Part shown: in pieces, positions 9,304 to 18,407 of the stretch
Layout of the letters: the number at the start of each line of letters is the position of its first letter
How positions within the stretch are numbered: position 1 is the first letter of the stretch
Assembly: GCA_902576125.1 (NCBI GenBank)
Contig: CACGUF010000004.1
Location: 363-64,362, forward strand
Origin: an uncultured Alphaproteobacteria bacterium
GTDB lineage: Bacteria; Pseudomonadota; Alphaproteobacteria; HIMB59; GCA-002718135
Length of the DNA stretch: 64,000 nt
Direction of reading: 5' to 3'
Position numbers and translations under genes: made by a program
The notes under the pieces: generated by a model
Seen by the model: only the letters and a program-made list of their open reading frames with translations
What the model was told of the DNA's origin: nothing
Databases searched by the model: none

Positions 9304-10167
9304 CTAAGCAAACAAAAGACTTGAAAATTTTTTTCTATAAATTTTAGTTGCCTCATGGTCATTTCCAAGGGCATCAAAAAACTCTACTAATTTTTTCTTA
9401 ATTTTTTCTTTGTCTTTAAAGTAATTATCTAAAAGAAAAGTAAAGGCTTTTTCATATTCAGCTGCTGAAAAATATTGTTCAGAGATTTCAAGCAATATTT
9501 TTATGTTCTTAGGATCTCCTTTATATTTTTCAAGAAGCAAATCTATAGAAACAGTTTTTTTTGAATCTTTAACGATTTTGGTTTTTTTTATAATTTTATT
9601 AATTTCTTGATTATTTTTCATTTCATCATCAAGAGAAGCAATAAAATCATCTATTTCTCCAAACTCTTTTTGAGCTAACAAGCACTCTAAATATAAACTT
9701 ATAGCTATTGGATCGTTTGTATTTTCAGTAAAAAAAATCAAAATTTTATCTTTTGCCTCATCAAATTTTTTACTACCAATTAACTCTTTCATTTCATTAT
9801 AAAAATCACTCATATCCTCTTTAAGTTTTTTGCCAGATGATTTTTCAATAAACTCAATAAAATCTTTTTCGGAAATTACACCTTGAAAAGCATTAACAAT
9901 TTTTTTGTCTTTAAATGCAAAAACAGTAGGAATTGATTGAATCCTAAGTTGTGCTGCTAGTTGTTGATTGTCATCAATATTAACTTTAATCAAGTTAAAG
10001 CCGTCTTGATTTTCTTTTGCAACTTTTTCCATTATTGGCGTTAGTTGCTTACAAGGGCCACACCAAGGCGCCCAAAAATCAACAACTATTAACTTATTAT
10101 CACTTTCATTTACAACTTTATTTTCAAAGTCACTTTCATTAATTTCTACTATATTGCTAACATTCAT
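9304..10167 (-). CDS. Thioredoxin-domain protein with helical TPR-like C-terminal domain (YbbN/CnoX type)
   Basis: WAPWCGPCKQL active site followed by a helical domain of about 180 aa. I prefer ATG at 10167 over the track start at 10179, which is TTG. Confidence 0.8.
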   Translation of the reverse strand: MNVSNIVEINESDFENKVVNESDNKLIVVDFWAPWCGPCKQLTPIMEKVAKENQDGFNLIKVNIDDNQQLAAQLRIQSIPTVFAFKDKKIVNAFQGVISEKDFIEFIEKSSGKKLKEDMSDFYNEMKELIGSKKFDEAKDKILIFFTENTNDPIAISLYLECLLAQKEFGEIDDFIASLDDEMKNNQEINKIIKKTKIVKDSKKTVSIDLLLEKYKGDPKNIKILLEISEQYFSAAEYEKAFTFLLDNYFKDKEKIKKKLVEFFDALGNDHEATKIYRKKFSSLLFA

Positions 10168-10675
10168 ATGTCTTAACAATTATCCCTTTTGTTGATGAAA
10201 AAATATGTATTTTTTTATTATTTTCAATCATAAACTCAATAAAATTATCACATTTCATTGTTATGGTTGCTGTATTGGTTAGCGGGTGAAAATTAATAAA
10301 GTCTGAATTATAAAGCTTATCTTCTAAATAAAAACCAACTGTATTATCTATATTGTTTAACAATGCAAAAGGAGAAACAGACCCTGGTTTAACTCCTAAT
10401 AAGTCAAGAAGATATTCTTCTCTTCCAAAAGATAAATTCCCCAAATCTAGAGATTTTGATATTTTTTTAAGATTTATATTTGTATGCTCTTCACATGAAA
10501 TTAAATAAAATTTATCTTTTTTATTTTTTAAGAATAAATTTTTAGTGTGAGATCCTTTTATTTTTCCTCTTAATTTAACTGAGTCTTCTACTGTAAACAG
10601 AGCTTGGTGCTCATGAACATCATAATCATAGCCCTTTTTATTTAATATCTCTAAAATTTTTTTGGAGTCTAACAT
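10157..10675 (-). CDS. YbaK/ProX-family aminoacyl-tRNA deacylase (prolyl-tRNA editing domain homolog)
   Basis: 172 aa. H.ALFTVEDS...GSHTKNLFLKNKK.KFYLIS...GVKPGSVSPFAL follows the YbaK/ProRS-associated domain pattern. Confidence 0.7.
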   Translation of the reverse strand: MLDSKKILEILNKKGYDYDVHEHQALFTVEDSVKLRGKIKGSHTKNLFLKNKKDKFYLISCEEHTNINLKKISKSLDLGNLSFGREEYLLDLLGVKPGSVSPFALLNNIDNTVGFYLEDKLYNSDFINFHPLTNTATITMKCDNFIEFMIENNKKIHIFSSTKGIIVKTYEC

Positions 10676-10732
10676 AAATGAACATCTTTTTATTATACTT
10701 TATGAATCTATCATGATAGTAGAAAAATTATT

Positions 10733-10807
10733 GCGGGCGTAGCTCAGGGGTAGAGCGCAACCTTGCCAAGGTTGAAGTCGAGGGTTCGAATCCCTTCGCC
10801 CGCTCCA
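10733..10807 (+). tRNA. tRNA-Gly (anticodon GCC), CCA encoded
   Basis: Cloverleaf by eye: acceptor GCGGGCG/CGCCCGC, D-arm GCTC..GAGC, anticodon stem CAACC/GGTTG with loop TTGCCAA, T-loop TTCGAAT, discriminator T, then CCA at 10805-10807. It stands out as a GC-rich block in AT-rich surroundings. Confidence 0.95.
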
Positions 10808-10812
10808 ATATA

Positions 10813-11490
10813 ATGTTAAAACTTTTAAAAATAAAAGACTATTATATTCCAGAGACTGATCTATCATATCAGGCCTATTTTCAAAAATTTGATCATTATC
10901 AAGAAGCCCAGAGAAATAGAGCGGTTTCTCATGTTGATGAATGGGAGTTTGCAATTGATATTGGGGCAAATATTGGTTTGTGGGCTAAAGATTTATCAAA
11001 ATACTTTAATAATATTGTTTGCTTTGAGCCAAATCCTTTTTGCCACGAATGTTTAAAAAAAAATATTACTTTAGAAAATTCAAAAATATACCCTTATGGC
11101 TTAGGAGAAAAAGAAGAAACAAGAGAATTGTTTGTTGATTTAACTAAACTGGGAGGATCTTCGTTTATTAATAAAACAAAAATTGGATTTAATCAGGATG
11201 GAAGTAAAATATATGGTGAGTTTGGTCAAGAGACAGTAAAAAAAAATATTGAAATAAAAAAACTAGATGATTTTGATTTTAAAAAAATTAATTTTATAAA
11301 AATTGATGTACAAGGATATGAGCTTAATGTTCTAAAAGGTGCACAAAATACTCTAATAAACAACAATCCTGTTATTTGTCTTGAAGAAGAAGATCCTAAA
11401 AATAAAACAATTATAAATTTTTTAAAAAATTTAAATTATGATCTAGTAGACGTAATACTTAAAGAACAAATCTTTAAAAAAAATAACTAA
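10813..11490 (+). CDS. FkbM-family SAM-dependent methyltransferase
   Basis: DIGANIGLWAKDLSKYF (SAM motif I), FEPNP, FIKIDVQGYELNVLKGA: the Methyltransf_21/FkbM pattern. The ATG lies 5 nt after the tRNA CCA. Confidence 0.75.
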   Translation: MLKLLKIKDYYIPETDLSYQAYFQKFDHYQEAQRNRAVSHVDEWEFAIDIGANIGLWAKDLSKYFNNIVCFEPNPFCHECLKKNITLENSKIYPYGLGEKEETRELFVDLTKLGGSSFINKTKIGFNQDGSKIYGEFGQETVKKNIEIKKLDDFDFKKINFIKIDVQGYELNVLKGAQNTLINNNPVICLEEEDPKNKTIINFLKNLNYDLVDVILKEQIFKKNN

Positions 11491-11558
11491 AAGATTTTAC
11501 TAATACTAAATATAAAAATTTAGATGGAAAATAAGCTGTTAAGAGCTTTGTGACAGAC

Positions 11559-12158
11559 TTATAAAAGGTCTTTTTTTCTAATTAAAGAAACATTAAAACT
11601 TATGACAATTCTTTCTGCATTTGATAGGTTTGGGTTAACCTTGTGCTCAAGATAACTTGGAAATAAAACTAGCGTTCCCGGCTTTGGTGTTACTGACTGT
11701 ACTTGAGCATTAATACTATTTACCTCTTTTGATGTTGGATGATGAAAAACATTAGCTTGTCTTGGATCAAAAAAAACAATATTACCTGCATTTGGCTCAG
11801 CTTTTACGTAATATGCAGCGCTCAACGCGCTGTTTCCATGGTGGTGTTTTTCATTAAAGGCATCTTTATTATTAATAATTGCCCACATACTTGTTATTTT
11901 TGCTAATTGAGTTTCCAAATCCCAACCCATATCATTTATGGCACTACCAATATTTTTAGAAATTTCAGTTACAAAATTTTTAAGATTTTCAGCCTTTAAA
12001 TCAAAGTCTTTAGAATGCCAGCCTTTAACATTGCTTTTTTTTGTTCCGTCGGGATACTTTTCTTTCTCTTCATAAATATAATTTAATAATTCATTATTTA
12101 TATTTTCACAATTACCTATTTCATTGATCCAAATTGGTGTAGAAAAAAAAAGATGCAT
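11559..12158 (-). CDS. TIGR02466-type putative 2OG-Fe(II) oxygenase
   Basis: From ATG 12158: MHLFFSTPIWINEI..., then WAIINNKDAFNEKHHHGNSALSAAYYV...GNIVFFDPR...GTLVLFPSYLEHKVNPN...RIVISFN. This is the HxH/D...H double-stranded beta-helix pattern of that family. Confidence 0.6.
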   Translation of the reverse strand: MHLFFSTPIWINEIGNCENINNELLNYIYEEKEKYPDGTKKSNVKGWHSKDFDLKAENLKNFVTEISKNIGSAINDMGWDLETQLAKITSMWAIINNKDAFNEKHHHGNSALSAAYYVKAEPNAGNIVFFDPRQANVFHHPTSKEVNSINAQVQSVTPKPGTLVLFPSYLEHKVNPNLSNAERIVISFNVSLIRKKDLL

Positions 12159-12261
12159 AAATCTTAAATAAAGCAAAAACAATAACCTGAAAAGTTAATT
12201 TTTGCCTTGTATAAAAATATGTTGTTTTAAAATGCTTTTTTTAATTTAAATAGTTATCTGT

Positions 12262-13926
12262 ATGAGTAAAAAAATAACAAATAATAGCATTAGTGATAAA
12301 AATTTTTACTTAAATATTTTAAAAAATAATCCCTCAAACTATGAGGCAATATTAAAATTAGGATTAATTGATGTTAAAGAAAACAATCTTTTATTTGCTA
12401 AAGAGAAATTTAAAAAACTACTAAAGATAGACAAAACAAAGCATGAGGGATATCTAAATCTTTCAAATATTTATTCATTTGAAGGAAAAACACTAAAAGC
12501 AAATGAAATTTTGAATAATTATTTAAATAATGTTGAAGAAAATATAGAAATTATAAATACCATAGCAGTCAATTTGCTAAACATTAAAAAAATTAACGAA
12601 TTAGAAAAACACATAAAAAAATTTATTAACAAATACCAGAGTTATTTGCTCTATTATTTGCAAGGTTTTATTCTTACAAAAGCAGGAAAATTTTCTGAGT
12701 CTGAAGTTTTTTTTAAAAAATCAATTAGTTTAAATGCTAATTTTTGGAATAACTACGATTTTCTTATGAAACAATATGAAAAACAATCTCGCTTAAAAGA
12801 TTTTAAACTTAAAATAGATAGTGCAAAGAAAATTTTTCAAAATAATGCAAAGCTTTATTATTATGAATCATTATTTTATTTTCGAGCAGGAAAATATAAC
12901 CAGTCATTGAACATTCTTGCTGATAAAAAAATTGAAGAAAATTTTCTTTACAAACAGAGCGATGTTGATTTGGCAGATTATTTTCATCTACTAAGTAGAG
13001 TATATGAAAAATTGGGCCTCTATAGTGATAGCTATAATTTTGCTATAAAGAGAAATAATACAATCTTTAAATTCAAAGAAAACAAAAACTATAATAAAGA
13101 TTTGATTTTAAATACAATATCAGCTTATAAGAAATTCTTTGATAAAAAAAATAAACCAAAGCAAATGAATATATCTGGTGGTATTAATCATTCAAACTTG
13201 GTTTTTCTTATTGGTTTTCCTAGATCTGGTACAACGCTTTTAGATACAATCTTAAGATCTCATTCTAAAACCATGGTATTAGAGGAACAGCCTTACTTAT
13301 TAGATATTAGGCACAATTTTTATAAAGATCATAAACTTGATGATATTCTTCATATAACAGAAGCAGAAAAAATCAAAATGCAAGAAAGATATTTCAATTC
13401 ATTTGATTATAAGCCTGATAAGTTAGTAATTGATAAGTACCCTCTTAATTTGATTGAGCTTGGTTTTATAAAAACAATATTTCCTAACTCAAAAATAATC
13501 TTAGCAATTAGACATCCTTTAGATTGCATAATTAGCTGTGTTTTAACTGCTTTTAAAATGAATGATGCTATGGTAAATTTTGAAAATATTCAAACAACAT
13601 CCTTTTTTTATAGTCAATGTTTTGATTTATTATTCAAATATTTTCATTACTATGAAATTAATTATTATCAAATTAAATACGAGGATGTTGTCATGAATTT
13701 TAAAGATGAAATAGGAAAGCTTTTAAATTTTTTAAATTTACATTTTGAAGAAAGCATTAATGATTTTCAGAGCACTGCTATGCAAAGAGAAAAAATAAAT
13801 ACACCAAGTTATGATCAAGTAACACAACCTATTTACTCTAGCTCTATAAATAGATATAAAAATTTTGATGAAATTAATAATATTAAAATTGATATTAACT
13901 ATTGGATAAATAAATTCTCATATTAA
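12262..13926 (+). CDS. TPR-repeat + sulfotransferase fusion protein
   Basis: The N-terminal ~300 aa are TPR-like repeats. The C-terminal domain has a PAPS 5'-phosphosulfate loop GFPRSGTTLLDTIL and a 3'-phosphate motif AIRHPLDCIIS. Confidence 0.75.
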   Translation: MSKKITNNSISDKNFYLNILKNNPSNYEAILKLGLIDVKENNLLFAKEKFKKLLKIDKTKHEGYLNLSNIYSFEGKTLKANEILNNYLNNVEENIEIINTIAVNLLNIKKINELEKHIKKFINKYQSYLLYYLQGFILTKAGKFSESEVFFKKSISLNANFWNNYDFLMKQYEKQSRLKDFKLKIDSAKKIFQNNAKLYYYESLFYFRAGKYNQSLNILADKKIEENFLYKQSDVDLADYFHLLSRVYEKLGLYSDSYNFAIKRNNTIFKFKENKNYNKDLILNTISAYKKFFDKKNKPKQMNISGGINHSNLVFLIGFPRSGTTLLDTILRSHSKTMVLEEQPYLLDIRHNFYKDHKLDDILHITEAEKIKMQERYFNSFDYKPDKLVIDKYPLNLIELGFIKTIFPNSKIILAIRHPLDCIISCVLTAFKMNDAMVNFENIQTTSFFYSQCFDLLFKYFHYYEINYYQIKYEDVVMNFKDEIGKLLNFLNLHFEESINDFQSTAMQREKINTPSYDQVTQPIYSSSINRYKNFDEINNIKIDINYWINKFSY

Positions 13927-13935
13927 GCATTTTAA

Positions 13936-14088
13936 CTAAATTAATTTCTTATTTTTTTTATATTCCTTTATTAGTTTTTTTGTTTTAAGAATTCTCTCGT
14001 GGTTTTTTTTTGCATTTTTTCTTCCACTTAATATAGCTGGGTACTTAAATATTAGTTTGGACAAATATACTGGTATTTTTGCTTTCAT
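13936..14088 (-). CDS. Possible small basic protein (50 aa), start overlapping the purH stop (TAATG)
   Basis: My translation: MKAKIPVYLSKLIFKYPAILSGRKNAKKNHERILKTKKLIKEYKKNKKLI*. It is below the ORF-track size cut-off and fills an otherwise empty 161-nt gap. I recognise no family. Confidence 0.25.
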   Translation of the reverse strand: MKAKIPVYLSKLIFKYPAILSGRKNAKKNHERILKTKKLIKEYKKNKKLI

Positions 14089-15596
14089 TAATGTTTGAAA
14101 ACTCTTTTTGATGAAAAGATGAGTTTAATTTTGTTTTTGTTAACAAAATCAATTACTTTCTGATCATTTATTGAGCCACTTGGCTCTACAATGCATTTAC
14201 AATTATTTCTAATTAATAATTTTAAACTATCAACAAATGGGAAAAAAGCATCAGATGCGCATACTAAATTTTTCAAAGAAAAACTTTCTTTATATTTCAT
14301 TATTGCTAATTTTGTTGCATCATACCTGCTCATTTGTCCCGCCCCTATTCCCAGTGTTTTTTTATTTTTAACTAAAACTATCCCATTTGATTTAATATGT
14401 TTAACCACTTTAAAAGCAAATATAACGTCATCATATTCTTTTTTAGATAGCTTATTATTTTTAGATACAACTTTAAAATTGTCTTTCGATATTCTAAAAT
14501 TATTATTTTTTTGTAACAAAGAGCCCATCCTTACTGTTCTGAATATTTCCTTTTTTACTTTAGGAATTTTAGCAGAATTAATTAAAATTAGATTTTTTCT
14601 TTGACACAAAATTTCAATTGCTTCTTTGGTATACCCAGGAGAAACCAAAACTTCAAAAAAATTTTTTATAATTAGTTTTGCTAAATTTTTATCTATTTTC
14701 TTATTTAACAAAATAACACCACCGAAAGCACTTTTCTTGTCACAATTTAAAGCGTTAACAAATGAATTTTTAATTGTTTTGGATGATGCAACACCACAGG
14801 CATTACTGTGTTTTATTATTACTGTAGTTGGTTCACTAAACTCACTTAAAAAATCTAGTCCACTGTCAACATCTAATATATTGTTGTAGCTAATTTTTTT
14901 ACCCTGTATCTGATAATCTACAAAACTTTGGTTTTTACTTTTTTTTAAAACTGCAGTTTGATCTGGGTTTTCTCCATACCTTAGTTTTATATTCTTTGAA
15001 TTATTATTTTTTATAAACCAACTATGTATATCTAAATCATATTTAGATGTTAATCCGAAAGCTTTTTTAGCCATTTTTTTTCTAAAAGTTAAATCTGTGA
15101 CACCTTCATTTTTTTCTATATTATTTTTTAATAACTTATAATCATTTATAGAAGAAATTGTTGTTATGTTTTCATAGTTTTTTGCTGAAGACCTAAGTAG
15201 CGCTGACCCTCCAATATCAATCATTTCAATTGCATCCTTGTGGTTATTATTTGCAAATTTATTAAATGGATAAAGATTAACGATTACATAATCAATTTTA
15301 GGAAACCTTGTTTTATTAAAAATATTTATGTGATTACTGTTTTTTCTATCATGTAATATTGATATATATATTTTTGGATGAAGAGTTTTTACTCTTCCAT
15401 CTAGAACCTCATTAAATTTTGTTAAGTCTGAAATTTCAAAACAATCAAAACCCAAAGACTTGATTTTTCTAGATGTAGAACCGGTTGATATTATTCCAAT
15501 TCTATTTTTTTTTAATACCTTACATAAGGTGTTTATATTTTTTTTACTATAAACAGATATTAAAGCGAAACTTTTTAATTTTTGGAAAGTGACCAA
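14088..15596 (-). CDS. purH: Bifunctional AICAR transformylase / IMP cyclohydrolase
   Basis: ALISVYSKKNI...IISTGSTSRKIK..G......DLT.F.EVLDGRVKTLHPKIY, plus the C-terminal AICARFT region (GAGQMSRYDA, ASDAFFPF). Confidence 0.95.
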   Translation of the reverse strand: MVTFQKLKSFALISVYSKKNINTLCKVLKKNRIGIISTGSTSRKIKSLGFDCFEISDLTKFNEVLDGRVKTLHPKIYISILHDRKNSNHINIFNKTRFPKIDYVIVNLYPFNKFANNNHKDAIEMIDIGGSALLRSSAKNYENITTISSINDYKLLKNNIEKNEGVTDLTFRKKMAKKAFGLTSKYDLDIHSWFIKNNNSKNIKLRYGENPDQTAVLKKSKNQSFVDYQIQGKKISYNNILDVDSGLDFLSEFSEPTTVIIKHSNACGVASSKTIKNSFVNALNCDKKSAFGGVILLNKKIDKNLAKLIIKNFFEVLVSPGYTKEAIEILCQRKNLILINSAKIPKVKKEIFRTVRMGSLLQKNNNFRISKDNFKVVSKNNKLSKKEYDDVIFAFKVVKHIKSNGIVLVKNKKTLGIGAGQMSRYDATKLAIMKYKESFSLKNLVCASDAFFPFVDSLKLLIRNNCKCIVEPSGSINDQKVIDFVNKNKIKLIFSSKRVFKH

Positions 15597-17125
15597 TGTA
15601 TTTTTTCCCTATTTTGTTTTGTTATTCCTTTTATTACAATTTGTTTTGTTTCTTTAACATTGTTTTTATCCATAAACACACTTTCTTCCAAAACTAAATC
15701 TTTATTTGCTTTAAATACCCATATCACATTGTTCTTAGTCTTTAGAATAATGTTTCTTTTGCTATTAGTTTGAGTAATATTTATGTTTGGCATTATATGA
15801 AATCTAATATGAAAAATTATTTCTTTATTTTTAGAAGTTGAGGAAATTATTGAGTCTTCTCCTACTAAATAATTTTGATTTTCTTGAAAATAAATTTTTC
15901 TTTTAACGATTTTTTTATAGTTTTTTATATATCCATTATGAGACAGTTCAATTGTATGTTTTAAGTCTTTCACGTTTTGTTTTAAAGTAACTATCTGTGG
16001 ATATTTAATATGAGGCTGATTTTCTCTTATTTCACTTATATTTGTATTTTCTAGAATAACAGTTGAATGAGCTGCTGAATATCTAAGGTAGGCAGCATTG
16101 CCAGTGCTTTTTTCAAGAGCACCACAATTAGTTATTATTTTTTCTTTATTAGAACTGAACTCGAGTGCTAACGTTCCGGCACTTAATCTTTTTGAATGTA
16201 ATGAGCTTGTTGGCTGTACAGCATCTAAGAATATCTTTTTATCTTTATCTTCAAAATAAAAAATTCCATTAGTGTTATCAGGAAAAAGAATTTTTCTAAT
16301 ATTTTGATTTTCTTTAAATGCCAGTTTTATTTTCTCAAGATTAAAATTATTTGTGCCATTATACAAAGCAACAGTTCCATCTTTGTGAAAGTATTGTGCC
16401 AATACAGTCTCCATTTTTATCTTAGTCATATTCAAAATTTTGGGAACTTTGCTATTAAAATTAAGTAACATCGAGATTATTTCATTTATATTATTAATAA
16501 ATTTAGCCTGTTCAAAAATATTATAAGTTTTATGCATTGAAAAACTATCCACTTGTTCTTCTAAAATTGACTCAAACTTATTTTTTATATCTAAAATTTC
16601 CTCACCTAAAATATATTTTATTAAAATATACGCCTTAAACTCCAGCAGCGAATACCCACTAATATTTTTTGGAAAAACAAATCTATTGAAGGCATTAATA
16701 TTTATTTTTAATATTTTTTTTAAATTATACTCATCTTTTTTTGTTGATATTGAGTTTATAAAATCAAAATTATAAACTATATTTAAAATTCTATTTGCAA
16801 TTTGATCTGATTCCCAAACATTATAAGCTTTGAATTTATTTATTTCATGCCAACGAAATATTCCAAACTTTGCAATTTCAATACCTCTTTTACCACCAAG
16901 TTTATTACATATATTTATAAAATCATAATTGTAAACTAATGAATTATTTTCAATCTTATGAAAATTTTTTTTAAAAATTAAATTTTTATTTTTATCATAA
17001 TCATTAAAATCTATAATTTTAAAATTTAAGCTTGATATAATTTGAAATTTTATTTTACCAGGAAAAATATATATATAAATTAGTATTAATTTTTTAATAA
17101 TTAAGTATATTTTATTTTTTATCAT
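15575..17125 (-). CDS. Heparinase II/III-like family protein of unknown role
   Basis: C-terminal HSKRLSAGTLALEFSSNKEKIITNCGA...YLRYSAAHSTVILEN resembles the Hepar_II_III domain. It sits in the conserved alphaproteobacterial rsmB-(heparinase-like)-purH position and overlaps both neighbours (14 and 22 nt). Confidence 0.65.
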   Translation of the reverse strand: MIKNKIYLIIKKLILIYIYIFPGKIKFQIISSLNFKIIDFNDYDKNKNLIFKKNFHKIENNSLVYNYDFINICNKLGGKRGIEIAKFGIFRWHEINKFKAYNVWESDQIANRILNIVYNFDFINSISTKKDEYNLKKILKININAFNRFVFPKNISGYSLLEFKAYILIKYILGEEILDIKNKFESILEEQVDSFSMHKTYNIFEQAKFINNINEIISMLLNFNSKVPKILNMTKIKMETVLAQYFHKDGTVALYNGTNNFNLEKIKLAFKENQNIRKILFPDNTNGIFYFEDKDKKIFLDAVQPTSSLHSKRLSAGTLALEFSSNKEKIITNCGALEKSTGNAAYLRYSAAHSTVILENTNISEIRENQPHIKYPQIVTLKQNVKDLKHTIELSHNGYIKNYKKIVKRKIYFQENQNYLVGEDSIISSTSKNKEIIFHIRFHIMPNINITQTNSKRNIILKTKNNVIWVFKANKDLVLEESVFMDKNNVKETKQIVIKGITKQNREKIHWSLSKN

Positions 17126-18389
17126 TTCTTGTTAACTGTACTGAAAAAAAACCATCAATATAATGTTTTTTATAACTTGTTGGTATGGTTAAAAAATATC
17201 CATCACTTGAAATTAATTTTTTGATATCTAGTAATTTTATATTTGGATTATATCTTTCTATACTAAAGTTTTTATTTTCTTTTAAAAAATTTGAAATTAT
17301 TCCAACTGTTTCTGAATAGAAAAATGAGCAAACCATGTAAATTATTTTTCCTCTATTTTTTACTAACATAGATGATTTTTTTAATAAATTAGTTTGTAGT
17401 ATATTTAGATCTTTCAAATTTGGCCCTTTTGATTTGAACAATATTTCAGGGTGTCTTCTTATTGTACCAATTGATGAACATGGTGAGTCTAAAAGAACAA
17501 TATCAAATTTTTTATCTTCTGAGAAATTTAAGCCATTCACATTTTTAATTTTTGCACCAAAACCCAATCTAGATAAATTATCTTTTAGCTTTAAAATTCT
17601 TTTATAGTTTATATCATTTAAAATCACATTATTATCAGATAAAATTTGAAAAGCCTTTCCCCCTGGAGCAGCACAAATATCAAGAATATCATAATTTTTT
17701 ATTTTAGAATTAATTGCGAGTGGTATCATTGAAGAAAAATCTTGAACCCACCACTCACCTTTTTTATAATTTTTAATATCGGTAATCTTTTTTTGAACTT
17801 CTAAAAATGCTGATTTATCTGTACTCTTAGTATGAGGCTCTTTAAAATTATTTACATATTTTTCTGACTTAAAAACCAAATGAAGACTCGGCTGTCTATG
17901 AAAGGTATTAATAAAAGAATTATAATCAATATTTTTAGTTTTATCTACCTCTGAAATAAACCACTTTGGAAAATCTTTTAAACTTATTTTTGTTTCTTTA
18001 ACATTATCAATATTATCTAAAATATTTTTAAGAATAGCATTTATAAATCCAGAATAAACATTAACTTTTTTTGCTACGTTAACAGTTTCATTTACTACTG
18101 CATAGGGTTTTATATTTAGGTAAATTATTTGAACTATAGCAGAAGATAAAAGTATAAATTCATTCGTTTTAATTTTTTTCTTGATAAATTTATTTAAGAT
18201 TATTTTACAGTGTATGCTCCTTCTCATTGAGTTTAAACAAACATTATTGATAAAAGAAATTTCATTTTGATTAAAATTGAACTCAGTTATCATTTTATTA
18301 AAAACTGTTTCAAAATTTCTATTTTTCTTAAATACTTCAACTAAAATTTGAAATATTATATATCTAATTTTTGTGCTTCTATTCATCAA
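17112..18389 (-). CDS. rsmB: 16S rRNA (cytosine-C5) methyltransferase RsmB/Sun
   Basis: N-terminal NusB-like domain, then the SAM fold ILDICAAPGGKAF, VLLDSPCSSIGTIRRHPE and IIYMVCS. Confidence 0.85.
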   Translation of the reverse strand: MMNRSTKIRYIIFQILVEVFKKNRNFETVFNKMITEFNFNQNEISFINNVCLNSMRRSIHCKIILNKFIKKKIKTNEFILLSSAIVQIIYLNIKPYAVVNETVNVAKKVNVYSGFINAILKNILDNIDNVKETKISLKDFPKWFISEVDKTKNIDYNSFINTFHRQPSLHLVFKSEKYVNNFKEPHTKSTDKSAFLEVQKKITDIKNYKKGEWWVQDFSSMIPLAINSKIKNYDILDICAAPGGKAFQILSDNNVILNDINYKRILKLKDNLSRLGFGAKIKNVNGLNFSEDKKFDIVLLDSPCSSIGTIRRHPEILFKSKGPNLKDLNILQTNLLKKSSMLVKNRGKIIYMVCSFFYSETVGIISNFLKENKNFSIERYNPNIKLLDIKKLISSDGYFLTIPTSYKKHYIDGFFSVQLTRNDKK

Positions 18390-18407
18390 AGTGTATAATA
18401 TATATTA

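Noticed and set aside
10700-10969. 89-aa minus-strand ORF overlapping tRNA-Gly and the start of the FkbM gene.
   Set aside because: It runs antisense through a clear tRNA cloverleaf and through a well-supported plus-strand gene. The R/P/W-rich segment is just the tRNA complement.
11491-11558. Weak hairpin AAGCT-GTTAAG-AGCTT in the convergent gap between the FkbM and 2OG-oxygenase genes, as a shared terminator.
   Set aside because: The stem is only 5 bp and AT-rich, and neither side has a flanking T-tract. It is not distinguishable from chance.
10733-13926. Possibility that the tRNA-Gly-adjacent islet is an integrative mobile element.
   Set aside because: There is no integrase, recombinase, transposase or phage gene. 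I saw no direct repeat of the tRNA 3' end near 13.9-14.1 kb by eye, and base composition matches the surroundings. I kept it only as a possible variable islet in the findings.
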